DNA from: Armatimonadota bacterium
Lineage (GTDB): Bacteria; Sysuimicrobiota; Sysuimicrobiia; Sysuimicrobiales; Humicultoraceae
Direction: 5' to 3'
Length of the DNA: 64,000 nt
NCBI GenBank assembly: GCA_037443565.1
Contig: JBBIOB010000001.1
Location: forward strand, 97,774-161,773
Part shown: positions 1 through 9,341 of the stretch, in pieces
Position numbering within the stretch: position 1 is the first letter of the stretch
Layout of the letters: each line of letters opens with the position of its first letter
Translations under genes and position numbers: made by a program
Notes under the pieces: model-generated
What the model was told of the DNA's origin: nothing
What the model saw: only the letters and a program-made list of their open reading frames with translations
The model's database searches: none

Positions 1-1
1 C

Positions 2-394
2 TCGGTGACGCTCGGGCTGGCGTCGTCGGCGCTGATCGCGCGCATGACCCGGAGCAGTCTGCTCGAAGTGCTGGGAGCGGACTACGTCCGGACCGCGCAC
101 GCGAAGGGCCTGGCGGAGCGTGTCGTTCTGCTGCGCCACGCGTTGCGCAACGCGCTCATCCCGGTGGTGACGGTCATCGGGTTGCAGCTCGGCGGACTGC
201 TCGGCGGTGCTGTGCTGACCGAGACGGTGTTCGCCTGGCCCGGCCTGGGCCGTCTGGCGGTGAACGCCATCTACAGCCGCGACATCCCGCTCGTGCAGGG
301 GACGATCCTCTTCACCGCGGTCGCCTTCGTGGTCATCAACCTGGCGGTCGACGCCCTCTACGCCCTGCTCGACCCGAGGGTGCGATATGACTAG
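2..394 (+). CDS. ABC transporter permease, C-terminal part (DppB/OppB-like); 5' end lies outside the window
   Basis: Open from the window edge. Translation shows the typical ABC inner-membrane permease tail (TETVFAWPGLGRL...ALLDPRVRY). It is followed by a second permease with ATGA start/stop overlap. Confidence 0.7.
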   Translation, partial: SVTLGLASSALIARMTRSSLLEVLGADYVRTAHAKGLAERVVLLRHALRNALIPVVTVIGLQLGGLLGGAVLTETVFAWPGLGRLAVNAIYSRDIPLVQGTILFTAVAFVVINLAVDALYALLDPRVRYD

Positions 395-1238
395 CGCAGG
401 CCGGCGGCGCCTGCGGCACCTGGCACGCCACCGGCCCGCGCTCGTCGGCCTGCTCGTGCTGCTGGCGACGGCCGCGGCCGCGACGCTGGCGCCCTGGGTC
501 TCGCCCTACGACCCCAACGTCCAGGTGTGGGAGCAGGCGCTCCAGGCGCCGTCGGGCCGCCACTGGCTCGGCACCGACGAGTTCGGCCGCGACGTGCTCA
601 CCCGTATCGTCTTCGGTGGCCGGATCTCGCTGGTGGTCGGTTTCCTGGCTGTGACCATCGCGGCCGGGGTGGGCGTGCCGCTCGGGCTCGTCAGCGGCTA
701 CGCCGGCGGCCGCACCGACGCCGTCATCATGCGGATCATGGACGTGCTGCTGGCGTTCCCGGCGATCCTGCTCGCGCTGGCCATCGTCGGTGCGCTGGGG
801 CCCGGCGTGCGGAACGCCATCATCGCCGTGGGGGTCGTCGCGATCCCGGCGTTTGCCCGCGTGGTGCGCGGGGCAACGCTGGTCGTGCGCGCCCAGGAGT
901 ACGTCGACGCGGCGCGCGCGCTGGGCGGCCGCGCGCCCCGCATCCTGGCCCGGCACGTCCTGCCCAACGCCGCGGCGCCGGTGATCGTGCAGGCGACGCT
1001 GGGGGTGGGCACGGCGATCCTGTCGTCGGCAGGACTCTCGTTCCTTGGATTGGGCGCGCAGCCGCCGACACCCGACTGGGGCGGGATGCTGGCCAGTGGC
1101 CGCGAATTCATGCTGCAGGCCTGGTGGATCGCGACGTTTCCGGGACTGGCGATCATGGTGACGGTGCTTGGGTTCAACCTGGTGGGCGACGCGCTGCGGG
1201 ACCTGCTCGATCCGCGGCTGCGGCCGCCGGGAGTGTGA
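387..1238 (+). CDS. ABC transporter permease (DppC/OppC-like)
   Basis: 283 aa. Has the N-terminal TM helix, the EAA-like loop region and the typical DppC C-terminus (NLVGDALRDLLDPRL). The ATG at 387 overlaps the upstream stop; the stop overlaps the next start (ATGA at 1235-1238). Confidence 0.75.
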   Translation: MTSAGRRRLRHLARHRPALVGLLVLLATAAAATLAPWVSPYDPNVQVWEQALQAPSGRHWLGTDEFGRDVLTRIVFGGRISLVVGFLAVTIAAGVGVPLGLVSGYAGGRTDAVIMRIMDVLLAFPAILLALAIVGALGPGVRNAIIAVGVVAIPAFARVVRGATLVVRAQEYVDAARALGGRAPRILARHVLPNAAAPVIVQATLGVGTAILSSAGLSFLGLGAQPPTPDWGGMLASGREFMLQAWWIATFPGLAIMVTVLGFNLVGDALRDLLDPRLRPPGV

Positions 1239-1969
1239 TGGGGAGGGCCATCATGACCGAAGCGCTCTACGTCCGAGACAGCTACCTCAAGGAATTCAAC
1301 GCCACTGTCACCGCCGTCGACGGGCAGGCGGTAGCGCTCGACCGCACGGCCTTCTACCCTGGCGGCGGCGGGTTGCCGCACGACACCGGGCGGCTCACCT
1401 GGGTGGGCAGGGAAGGCCGCGTCGTCGAGGTGAAGCGCGACGGTACCACGATCTGGCACGTCCTCGACGGCCCGGCCCCGGCCGACGGCACCGCGGTGCA
1501 CGGGACGATCGACTGGGACCGCCGGTACGGCGTCATGCGCCATCATACGGCGCTGCACGTGCTGGTCGGCGCGGTCTACAGGCTCTTCGGCGCGCTTGTC
1601 ACCGGCGGCCAGATCCATTCCGACCGCGCACGCATGGACTTCTCGCTCGCGGACCTCAGCAAGGAGCGCGTCGCCGCGATCGAGGCCGAGGCCAATCGGG
1701 TGATCGCCGAGGGGCACCGGGTGCTGGTCCGATTCGTCTCGCGCGAGGAGTACGAGCGTTCGGATCTTACCCGGCTGGCGAAGAACCTGCTGCCGCCCGA
1801 TATCACCGAGGTCCGCGTGGTCGAGATCGAGGGGTACGACGCGCAGGCCGACGGCGGCACGCATGTGGTCAGCACGGCAGAGATCGGCCGGCTGCGGGTG
1901 ACCAAGACCGAGAACAAGGGAAAGACGAACCGCAGGCTCGAGATCGCGCTAGAGAATCCAGGGGAGTAG
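1238..1969 (+). CDS. AlaX-like alanyl-tRNA editing protein (tRNA synthetase class II SAD domain)
   Basis: 243 aa starting at the ATG at 1238, in frame with the long spurious ORF 527..1969. HxxxH motif (RHHTALHVL) and GGTHV motif are present, but Asp replaces the usual Cys of CGGTH. An alternative start is the ATG at 1253. Confidence 0.55.
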   Translation: MGRAIMTEALYVRDSYLKEFNATVTAVDGQAVALDRTAFYPGGGGLPHDTGRLTWVGREGRVVEVKRDGTTIWHVLDGPAPADGTAVHGTIDWDRRYGVMRHHTALHVLVGAVYRLFGALVTGGQIHSDRARMDFSLADLSKERVAAIEAEANRVIAEGHRVLVRFVSREEYERSDLTRLAKNLLPPDITEVRVVEIEGYDAQADGGTHVVSTAEIGRLRVTKTENKGKTNRRLEIALENPGE

Positions 1970-2452
1970 GCGCCTGGTGCGCGCCCGGTAGCCGGCGTAC
2001 TCGGGGAACCGGGACTCGAGGTATCGCTCCTCGACCCGGGACTTGGCGGTTATGTAGGCGGCCAGGGCTCCGGCGAGGACCAGGTGCAGGGCGCTCGTCT
2101 TCCACAGCGCCCATCCGATCGCCGCGACGATCAGGCCGCCGTAGATCGGATGGCGCGCTCTCGCGTAGATGCCGCGTTGTACCAGAACGCCGTGCCGCCG
2201 CGGCTTCGGGAAAGCTGTGAGGTTTGGTCCCAGATCGAGGATGGCCCGCGCTGCCAGGCCGAGCCCGACGACGAGCAGCACCGTGCCGAGCCTGCCCCCC
2301 AGGGCGCCCCAGGGCGGCGGCCATGGCCATCTCGCGGGCGCGAATGCCAGGGCTGCCAGGAGGACACCCTGGCCGACGACCCACCACTCGCCGCGCGAGT
2401 TTCTCCACCAGGGGAGGCGGGGGTTGCTCATGCCTGACCTCATGGGGATCAC
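1949..2452 (-). CDS. Isoprenylcysteine carboxyl methyltransferase / phospholipid methyltransferase family membrane protein
   Basis: 167 aa. C-terminal RHPIYGG motif typical of the ICMT/PEMT family, several TM helices. The start may be an internal Met. Confidence 0.55.
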   Translation of the reverse strand: MIPMRSGMSNPRLPWWRNSRGEWWVVGQGVLLAALAFAPARWPWPPPWGALGGRLGTVLLVVGLGLAARAILDLGPNLTAFPKPRRHGVLVQRGIYARARHPIYGGLIVAAIGWALWKTSALHLVLAGALAAYITAKSRVEERYLESRFPEYAGYRARTRRLLPWIL

Positions 2453-2507
2453 AGGAAGAAACGCTCGGCCCCGGCGGGGGATTCCGCCGCGGCCTGGTCG
2501 TTCGCCG

Positions 2508-3638
2508 CTATCGCCGCGCCGGTTGCGGCTGCCGGCTCGCTCGGAACGCCTGGGTCACCATCCAGGCCACCACGCCGAGCCCGGCGACGAACAGGATCAG
2601 GAACAGCACCAGCGGGCTCCACTGGATGTTCAGCGGCGCGTCGGTCACGTCCACGAACCGCCGCAGTTCCGCGTTCTGCACGACCTGCCGGCTGATTCCG
2701 TTCAACGCGAGGACGGCGATCTGCGCCAGGGCGGTCATCAGCGCCGTCGCCTGCGTGATCCGGCCCCGCTGCGCGGCGAGGACCAGCCAGACCAGGCCGG
2801 GGCTGAGCGCCGTCAGCGCTGTCAGCACGACCAGCGGAGCGTTGAACATCAGGGCGCGGACCTCGGGAATCCAGGTCCCGAAGACATACCACGAGCCCGC
2901 GAGCGCGAACCAGAGGATGCCCAGAGAGTACAGCCGCAGGGCAAAGCCCGAGACCCACCGCCGGTAGGCCTCGGTCTCCCGCACTGCGAACATGCCGGCG
3001 TCCACCGCCGCGTAGGCCGCGGTGGTCGTCAGCGCCAGCCCGAACACCATGAGCCAGCGCGACCAGATCGCGGGCTCGCCCAGGAGCACCGCCGTTCCGC
3101 GGACCGCGCCGGCGACACTCGTCCGCTCCCAGAGCCCAGGCCAGACGTCCACGTTCGCCATCAACACGAAGGCGTGGGTGAAGACGAAGCCCATGGCGAT
3201 GAACAGGATCGCGGCGGTCCATCCAGAGGCGCGGCGCAGCGGGGTGAGCTTTCCCTCGCGCAGCCCGATGGCGTACAGGTACACGCCGTAGTACGCGATG
3301 ATCAAGAGGCCGACGATCGAGACCCAGGGCCACGCCATCAGGATCGTCGCCGGGTAGAAGACGCGGTGGTAGGCCACTTGGAGAAACAGCAGGGGCACGA
3401 TCCCGAAGTTGATCCCCAGCGCGATGATGATCGGCATCTGGTTCATCAGGCGGTCTGAGAACCGCCGCGCGTGCTCGCCGCGCGACCGCATCAGCATGGC
3501 GATCAGGATCCCCGCAAACCACAGGTTCATCGGCACAAGATGCAGCACGAAGCCCAGGACCTTGAGTACGGCCATGAACCAGTACGGGGCGGGGTATCCC
3601 AGCGGGCCCGGTGGCGCCAGCAGCTGGGTTACGTCCAT
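2508..3638 (-). CDS. Polytopic membrane protein of unknown function (possible partner subunit of the downstream bd-like oxidase)
   Basis: 376 aa, about 10 hydrophobic helices, no recognisable catalytic motif. It is co-directional with and 30 bp downstream of the CydA-like gene. Confidence 0.4.
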   Translation of the reverse strand: MDVTQLLAPPGPLGYPAPYWFMAVLKVLGFVLHLVPMNLWFAGILIAMLMRSRGEHARRFSDRLMNQMPIIIALGINFGIVPLLFLQVAYHRVFYPATILMAWPWVSIVGLLIIAYYGVYLYAIGLREGKLTPLRRASGWTAAILFIAMGFVFTHAFVLMANVDVWPGLWERTSVAGAVRGTAVLLGEPAIWSRWLMVFGLALTTTAAYAAVDAGMFAVRETEAYRRWVSGFALRLYSLGILWFALAGSWYVFGTWIPEVRALMFNAPLVVLTALTALSPGLVWLVLAAQRGRITQATALMTALAQIAVLALNGISRQVVQNAELRRFVDVTDAPLNIQWSPLVLFLILFVAGLGVVAWMVTQAFRASRQPQPARR

Positions 3639-3668
3639 GGCGGGCTCCTCCTCGGTCTGCTCATGCGG

Positions 3669-5045
3669 TCATCGGCCGAGCTCGGGCTCCATGCCCCGCG
3701 GCCGCGGGTGGGCGATCGAGGCCAGGTACCGGGCGAGGGCATCGGCCTCCTCGGGGGTACCCACCCAGGGCGGCATGAAGAACGTGGCTTCGTTGAGGTG
3801 GGCGAGCACGCTGCGGATGAGCTCGGGGGTCCAGCCCCGCGTGAGGTGGCTCACCGCCGAATAGCCCACGCGCGTGGCGTGGCAGTTGTTGCACTGGAAC
3901 TTGAAGATCGCCTCGCCGACGCGGCGCTGGTCGTCTTCGGGCAGCGCCGCGAGCCGGTCGGCCGCGACCTTTCCATCCTGCATCACCTGGGGGTACCGCG
4001 AAGCCACCCAGGCCTTCGTCCAGACCCCCGACTCCAGGAAGCCCCGCTGGTGGACGTCGCGCACCTCGTCCACGAGGAGCTGGTTGCCCATGACCACGTT
4101 GTAGACGATGTACGGCTTGCGCACCGCCTCGCGGATGAACTCGCCGGTCGAGAAGGCGGCCAGCCCGAACGCGAAGAGCAGGATCGCGAACCCCGGCGAC
4201 AGCCAGCCGGGGTGCCGGTACGGGCCGAAGTAGAGCATTACGAAGACCGCGATGGTGATGGCGAAGATGAGTACCATCATCACGTTCAGCGCCGCGGCCG
4301 CGGCCAGTGCCGCCCTCGCTGACTCCGGGAGGAACGCGTACCAGGTCAGGCCGCCCAGGACGATCAACACCGCGCCCAGCAGGGCCGGCCTGGCCGATCG
4401 CGCCGCGATGAGGTCGCGCAGCGCCGCCTCCTTCACCTTGAACGAGGCGTGCAGGTACACGTACAGCGACGCGAGCAGGAGCGCGCCGCCGGTCCTGGCC
4501 AGCGTCTGCGGCACGAACTGCGGGTTGAGAAACCCGGTCCAAAACGTCCGGTGCTCGGGCCAGGCGCCGGGGTGCAGCATGAACGCCGTGATGCCAGTGA
4601 TCAGGACCAGGCTCATCCACGCCGACCCCGCGTAGATCCAGCCGATGGTCGTGTGGATCTTCGGCGCGAGCCGGCCCCAGTAGTAGTAGAAGATGAACGC
4701 CGAGACGATCTCCAGCACGAAGAACACGTACTCCATCGCCCAGCCGAAGACGAAGGTGTGGATCAGGGTCTCAGTCGCCAGCGGGGAGGCCAGCCCGATC
4801 GTCCACCAGATGCCGACGCCCGTGATGGCGCCGAAGACCACGGTCAGCAGGATGAAGAACCAGGCATGCCCGCGCAGGTAGTCGAGATAGGCGCGGTTCT
4901 TGGTCCGGTAGGCGTACTGTGTCTCAAACGCGAGAAACAGGCCGCCGCCGACCGCGTAGTGTGCCACCAGCACGTGGACGACCGCAATGCCGGCGATGAG
5001 CATCGGCGCGGTGAGATAGGGCACATACCACCAGGGGTAGTGCAT
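3669..5045 (-). CDS. Cytochrome bd ubiquinol oxidase subunit I (CydA) homolog fused to a C-terminal monoheme cytochrome c domain
   Basis: 458 aa. The N-terminal 300 aa align by eye to CydA: HYAVGGGLFLAFETQY, TGVGIWWTIG, GWAMEYVFFVLEIVSAFIFYYYWGRL, and KIH at the CydA His186 position. The C-terminal soluble domain carries CNNCHA (a CXXCH heme c site). Confidence 0.55.
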   Translation of the reverse strand: MHYPWWYVPYLTAPMLIAGIAVVHVLVAHYAVGGGLFLAFETQYAYRTKNRAYLDYLRGHAWFFILLTVVFGAITGVGIWWTIGLASPLATETLIHTFVFGWAMEYVFFVLEIVSAFIFYYYWGRLAPKIHTTIGWIYAGSAWMSLVLITGITAFMLHPGAWPEHRTFWTGFLNPQFVPQTLARTGGALLLASLYVYLHASFKVKEAALRDLIAARSARPALLGAVLIVLGGLTWYAFLPESARAALAAAAALNVMMVLIFAITIAVFVMLYFGPYRHPGWLSPGFAILLFAFGLAAFSTGEFIREAVRKPYIVYNVVMGNQLLVDEVRDVHQRGFLESGVWTKAWVASRYPQVMQDGKVAADRLAALPEDDQRRVGEAIFKFQCNNCHATRVGYSAVSHLTRGWTPELIRSVLAHLNEATFFMPPWVGTPEEADALARYLASIAHPRPRGMEPELGR

Positions 5046-5165
5046 GGATCCCCCTCCGTCCCGGGGCTTTGCCCGTAGGATGCCACATCGGGGACCAGGA
5101 CCGCATCAGGTGGCCACCGGAGCAAGGGCAGGGCGGGCCGCCGGGAGCGCGAACTCCCTGACGCA

Positions 5166-5789
5166 GTGAGTCTCGCAGCCTTCTTCGTGCGCGGGCTGGT
5201 GATCGGATTCGCCATTGCGGCGCCCGTCGGCCCCATCGGGATCCTCTGCATCCGGCGGACCCTGGCCCACGGCCGGCTGGCCGGCTTCGTCTCGGGCCTG
5301 GGCGCGGCGACCGCCGACGCGGCCTACGGCGCGGTCTCCGGCTTCGGGCTGACGTTCGTCGCGGGATTCCTGATCGGTCAGCAAGACTGGCTGCGTCTTG
5401 TCGGCGGCGCATTCCTGCTCTATCTGGGCGTGCGGACCTTCGTCGCGCGGCCCACAGACCGATCGGCCGATGCGCAGGGCACCGGCCTGCTCGGCGCATA
5501 CGCCTCGACGCTGGCCTTGACCCTGACCAACCCCATGACGATCCTGTCATTCGCGGCGATCTTCGCCGGCCTTGGCCTGGCCGGCGCCGCGGGCAACTAC
5601 GCGTCGGCCAGCACGCTCGTGCTGGGCGTGTTTCTCGGCTCGGCGGCCTGGTGGTTCATCCTGAGCGCGGGCGCCGGCGCCGTGCGAGAGAGGATGACCC
5701 CTGCGGGGTTGCGGTGGGTGAACCGCGCCTCAGGCGCCATCATCGCGGGGTTCGGCCTGCTCGCGCTCGGGGGCCTCCTGCGCCCATGA
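5166..5789 (+). CDS. LysE/RhtB family amino-acid exporter
   Basis: 207 aa, six TM helices, N-terminal motif (FAIAAPVGPIG...RRTL) typical of LysE-type translocators. Confidence 0.75.
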   Translation: MSLAAFFVRGLVIGFAIAAPVGPIGILCIRRTLAHGRLAGFVSGLGAATADAAYGAVSGFGLTFVAGFLIGQQDWLRLVGGAFLLYLGVRTFVARPTDRSADAQGTGLLGAYASTLALTLTNPMTILSFAAIFAGLGLAGAAGNYASASTLVLGVFLGSAAWWFILSAGAGAVRERMTPAGLRWVNRASGAIIAGFGLLALGGLLRP

Positions 5790-5816
5790 TAGAGGGCAGC
5801 CGGTGGAGTAGCGGCG

Positions 5817-6719
5817 ATGACGATTGACGAGATCATCAACCGCATGGGCTGGGATCGACGCGATGATCTCCGCGTCGAGATGCTCCCCGGCGGTATCACC
5901 AACCTGAACTATCGGGTAGACGTGGGCGATGAGGCATATGTCGTCCGCATCCCCGGACAAGATAGCGAGCGGCTCGGCATCGACCGGTCCCGCGAGCACG
6001 GGTGCACGGTCGCGGCGCATCGGGCCGGGGTCGCCCCGGCCGTCATCGCCTACTTCGAGGAAGACGGCGTGCTGGTGACCCGATTCCTCCCGGGCCGAGG
6101 GCTTGCCGAGGACGAGATGCGCCGGCCGCGCATGCTCACCCGCGTGGCCGAGACCATGCGCCGCTACCATGAGGGCCCCGAGTTCCCTGGCGTGTTCTCG
6201 CCCTTCCAGACGGTCCGGGACTACCTGGCATTCGCCGCGCCACGCGGGGCGCCGCTGCCGGAGCGCTTCGACTGGATGCTGGCGCAGGCCGACCGTCTGG
6301 AGTCGGTCATGGGCGCGCCGGATCGGCTCCGGCCGTGCCACAACGACCTGTTGCTGGCCAACTGGATCGACGACGGCGCGCGCCTCTGGATCGTCGACTG
6401 GGAGTACGCGGCGATGGGCGGCATCTTCTTCGATCTCGGGAACTTCGCGGTGCACCTTCAGCTCGGCGATGCTGAAGAGGAGACGTTGCTGCGGGCCTAC
6501 TTCGGGCGACCGCTGCCCGCGGCCGCCGCGCGCCTGAAGCTCATGAAGATCATCTCGGACCTGCGCGAGGCGATGTGGGCCATGGTGCAGGTGACGATCT
6601 CGACGCTCGACTACGACTTCGCGGCCTACGGCAGGAAGCACTTCGACCGGTACACGGCGCAGCTGGGGGACCCGCGTCTGGACAGATGGCTGCGCGAGGC
6701 AGGCCGCGGCCAGGACTGA
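5817..6719 (+). CDS. Choline/ethanolamine kinase-like phosphotransferase (APH/ChoK family), paralog 1
   Basis: 300 aa. Brenner motif HNDLLLANWI and IVDWEYA (Mg-binding D) match the choline-kinase/aminoglycoside-phosphotransferase fold. It is a paralog of 16468..17376. Confidence 0.7.
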   Translation: MTIDEIINRMGWDRRDDLRVEMLPGGITNLNYRVDVGDEAYVVRIPGQDSERLGIDRSREHGCTVAAHRAGVAPAVIAYFEEDGVLVTRFLPGRGLAEDEMRRPRMLTRVAETMRRYHEGPEFPGVFSPFQTVRDYLAFAAPRGAPLPERFDWMLAQADRLESVMGAPDRLRPCHNDLLLANWIDDGARLWIVDWEYAAMGGIFFDLGNFAVHLQLGDAEEETLLRAYFGRPLPAAAARLKLMKIISDLREAMWAMVQVTISTLDYDFAAYGRKHFDRYTAQLGDPRLDRWLREAGRGQD

Positions 6720-6787
6720 TTGGGAGCTCGACGGCCCTATCCGCGGTGAAGCCTTCCCCTCGGTCGGCCACGCTGGCCGGTGCATAG

Positions 6788-7485
6788 TCACCGTCGTGCG
6801 ACGGAGCGAGTGAACCGCCGGACCTGAGCGTTGAACTCCGCCGGGGCTTCCGCATTCGCCAGATGACCCACGCCGGGAATCACGACGAGTGCAGCAGCGG
6901 GAATTCCAGCACGGAGATCCTCGGCGACGCGGAGCGGGGACCGCTCATCCAGTTCTCCATACAACAGAAGGGTGGGAACCTGTATCCGGTGGAGCACGTC
7001 ACGTAAGTCCGCCTCAGCCATTGAATACGCCATCGCGCGATATCCTCCGGGATGGCTGCTGCCGGCATTGTCCGCCGCGATGGCCACGATCTCCTGAACC
7101 AACTCAGGAGCAGCCGCGCTGCTCAGGACCAAGCCAGGATGAGGGATGCTGGAATGTGGGAATGCCGTCGGTAGAATTCCAGCGCGAGCGAGCTGCCCCA
7201 CGACAAGCCGAGAACGTGGGCGTGCTCCACGTGCACAGCATTGAGCCACGCTGCCAACGCATCGGCGTAGTCGGCCAACCGCCAGCTCTCCGGGACATCG
7301 GAGGATTGGCCGCATCCCGGCGCGTCCCAGGCGAGCACTGTGAACTCGTTCGCAAGACCGTCCAGCTGGCGCCGCCATGCGCGGCTGTCCTCCATCCCAC
7401 CATGAAGGAGCACAAGAGTCGGCCCCTGGCCGGCCTGCCGGTAGGTGATCCGAAGACCAGAAACGCTCACCTCTCTCATGTCCAC
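6788..7485 (-). pseudogene. Alpha/beta hydrolase disrupted by a single frameshift (or sequencing error)
   Basis: ORF 7123..7485 encodes the N-terminal half (HGG oxyanion motif, GLSWGS nucleophile elbow). ORF 6788..7378, in another frame, encodes the C-terminal half (catalytic D and H region, LYGELDE...PGVGHL). The frame switch lies near 7110-7150, around LILAWS* versus LVLSSAAAPE. Confidence 0.55.
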
Positions 7486-7512
7486 ACCCCGGCGGCCTGG
7501 GTCAAATACATC

Positions 7513-7800
7513 CTAATCCCGCGCATCGAGCGCAGCGGCACGGATCGCCTCGAACTGCGCCTCCAGCTCCGCCGCGACGGTCTCGGCGACGTCCCCGGGC
7601 GCGCCGGCGCGTGCCAGCACCGGTCCGGTTCGCCAGCCATCCAGATAGGCATCGGTGCCGGTCAGGCCCTGCCGCATCGCCGCAGCGTCGATCAGCTCCT
7701 GGAAACGCGGGCCCAGGAGGCGGCGGACCCGTTCGGGTCCCTCGAAGGCCTCCACCTGCGAAGGAATAGTCTGCCAGTAGGTGATCCGGTACTGCGCCAT
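7513..7800 (-). CDS. Small hypothetical protein (95 aa)
   Basis: In-frame Met (MAQYRITYW...) within the longer six-frame ORF. It sits directly downstream of the ALDH gene on the same strand. No recognised motif. Confidence 0.3.
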   Translation of the reverse strand: MAQYRITYWQTIPSQVEAFEGPERVRRLLGPRFQELIDAAAMRQGLTGTDAYLDGWRTGPVLARAGAPGDVAETVAAELEAQFEAIRAAALDARD

Positions 7801-7814
7801 CGCGGCCGACGGTC

Positions 7815-9281
7815 TTAGAACGCGATGAAGACGTTCTTGACCTCCGTGTAGAGGTCCAGCGCGTGCATCCCCAGCTCGCGGCCGAACCCGCTCATCTTGA
7901 CCCCGCCGAACGGCGCCTCCTGATGGACGCTGTGGTTGCTGTTGATGCTGAGCACGCCGGTGTGGATGGCCTTCGCCATGCGCAGTGCCCGGCCGACGTC
8001 GCGGGTCCACACCGACCCCGACAGGCCGTAGGGCGAGTCGTTGGCCATGCGGACCGCGTCGGCTTCATCGTCGAAGGGGATCAGGCAGGCTACCGGTCCG
8101 AAGATCTCTTCCTGCGCCACCTGCATCTCGTTGCGCACGCCGGCCAGCACCGTGGGGAGCAGGAAGGCGCCGGCGGCCAGCCGCGGATCATCGGGCGGCG
8201 CGCCGCCGAAGACGACCTCCGCGCCCTCATCCCGGCCGATGGCGACATAGCGCAGGATATGCTCACGCTGGCGGCCGGAGACGACCGGGCCCATCTCCGT
8301 GGCCCCGTCCATGGGATCGCCGACGCGGAGCCGGCGGGCCGCCTCGGTGAACAGGTGGGTGAAGTGCTCGTAGACCGGCCGCTGGACGAAGACCCGGCTC
8401 CGCGCGCAGCAGTCCTGTCCCGCGTTACCGTAGACCGCGCCGACCCCGCTCTGCGCCGCGCGCTCCAGGTCGGCGTCGGCGAAGATCACGTTCGGCGATT
8501 TGCCGCCCAGCTCCAGCGACACGCGTGTCATCCGATCGGCGGCCAGCTTCATGATCTGGATCCCGGTAGTCGTCTCGCCCGTCAGCGCCACCTTCCTGAC
8601 CGCCGGATGCGTGACGATCGCCGCGCCCACCGAGGCGCCCGGCCCAGTCACGACGTTGAGCACGCCCGGCGGCACGCCGGCCTCCAGCGCCAACGTCCCG
8701 AGCCGCAGGGCCGTCAGCGGCGTGTAGGACGCGGGCTTGAGGATGACGGTGTTCCCGGTCGCCAGCGCCGGCGCGACCTTCCACGAGGTGATGAGGAAGG
8801 GGAAGTTCCAGGGGACGATCAGCCCGACGACCCCGATCGGCTCGCGCAGCGTGAAGTCGAGCCCGCGGTCGGCCACAGGGATCGTGGCGCCGAAGACCTT
8901 GTTTGCGGCGCCCGCGTAGTATTCGAAGCATCCCGCGGCGGCCTCGACCTCCCCACGGGCGTCGCTGATGGTCTTGCCGCCCGAACGCACCTCGAGGGTG
9001 ACCAGTTCGTCGGCATGGGTTCGGATCGCGTCGGCCAGACGCAGGAGCACGCGGCCGCGCTCCGTGGCGCTCATCGCCGGCCAGGGGCCCCCATCGAAGG
9101 CGGCCCGCGCCGCCGTCGCGGCCCGGTCTACATCCTCCGGGCCCCCGCGCGGGACCTCGGCGATCACCTCGCCGTCGGCGGGGTTGACGACGTCGAACGT
9201 CTCGCCGCCCGCGGCGGGAACCTCCTCCCCCCCAATGCACATGCGGGCCTGCACGCGCTGTTCGGCCTGTCGTGGGTTCAT
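7815..9281 (-). CDS. NAD(P)-dependent aldehyde dehydrogenase
   Basis: 489 aa from the ATG at 9281 (MNPRQAE...). Motifs: VPWNFP, GNTVILKP, ELGGKSP, catalytic Cys in GQDCCA, EEIFGPV. The upstream part of the 815-aa six-frame ORF is non-coding read-through. Confidence 0.85.
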   Translation of the reverse strand: MNPRQAEQRVQARMCIGGEEVPAAGGETFDVVNPADGEVIAEVPRGGPEDVDRAATAARAAFDGGPWPAMSATERGRVLLRLADAIRTHADELVTLEVRSGGKTISDARGEVEAAAGCFEYYAGAANKVFGATIPVADRGLDFTLREPIGVVGLIVPWNFPFLITSWKVAPALATGNTVILKPASYTPLTALRLGTLALEAGVPPGVLNVVTGPGASVGAAIVTHPAVRKVALTGETTTGIQIMKLAADRMTRVSLELGGKSPNVIFADADLERAAQSGVGAVYGNAGQDCCARSRVFVQRPVYEHFTHLFTEAARRLRVGDPMDGATEMGPVVSGRQREHILRYVAIGRDEGAEVVFGGAPPDDPRLAAGAFLLPTVLAGVRNEMQVAQEEIFGPVACLIPFDDEADAVRMANDSPYGLSGSVWTRDVGRALRMAKAIHTGVLSINSNHSVHQEAPFGGVKMSGFGRELGMHALDLYTEVKNVFIAF

Positions 9282-9341
9282 GGGATCGCCTCCGGACGCA
9301 TCTGCACAGGATTTCCCTGCCTCGCGACGAACACCCTCCGC

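Noticed and set aside
527-1969. 480-aa six-frame ORF spanning the permease/AlaX region
   Set aside because: Only the last 243 codons (from the ATG at 1238) encode a recognisable protein. The upstream part is the alternative frame of the DppC-like permease gene and is Arg/Pro/Gly-rich, typical of high-GC frame artefacts.
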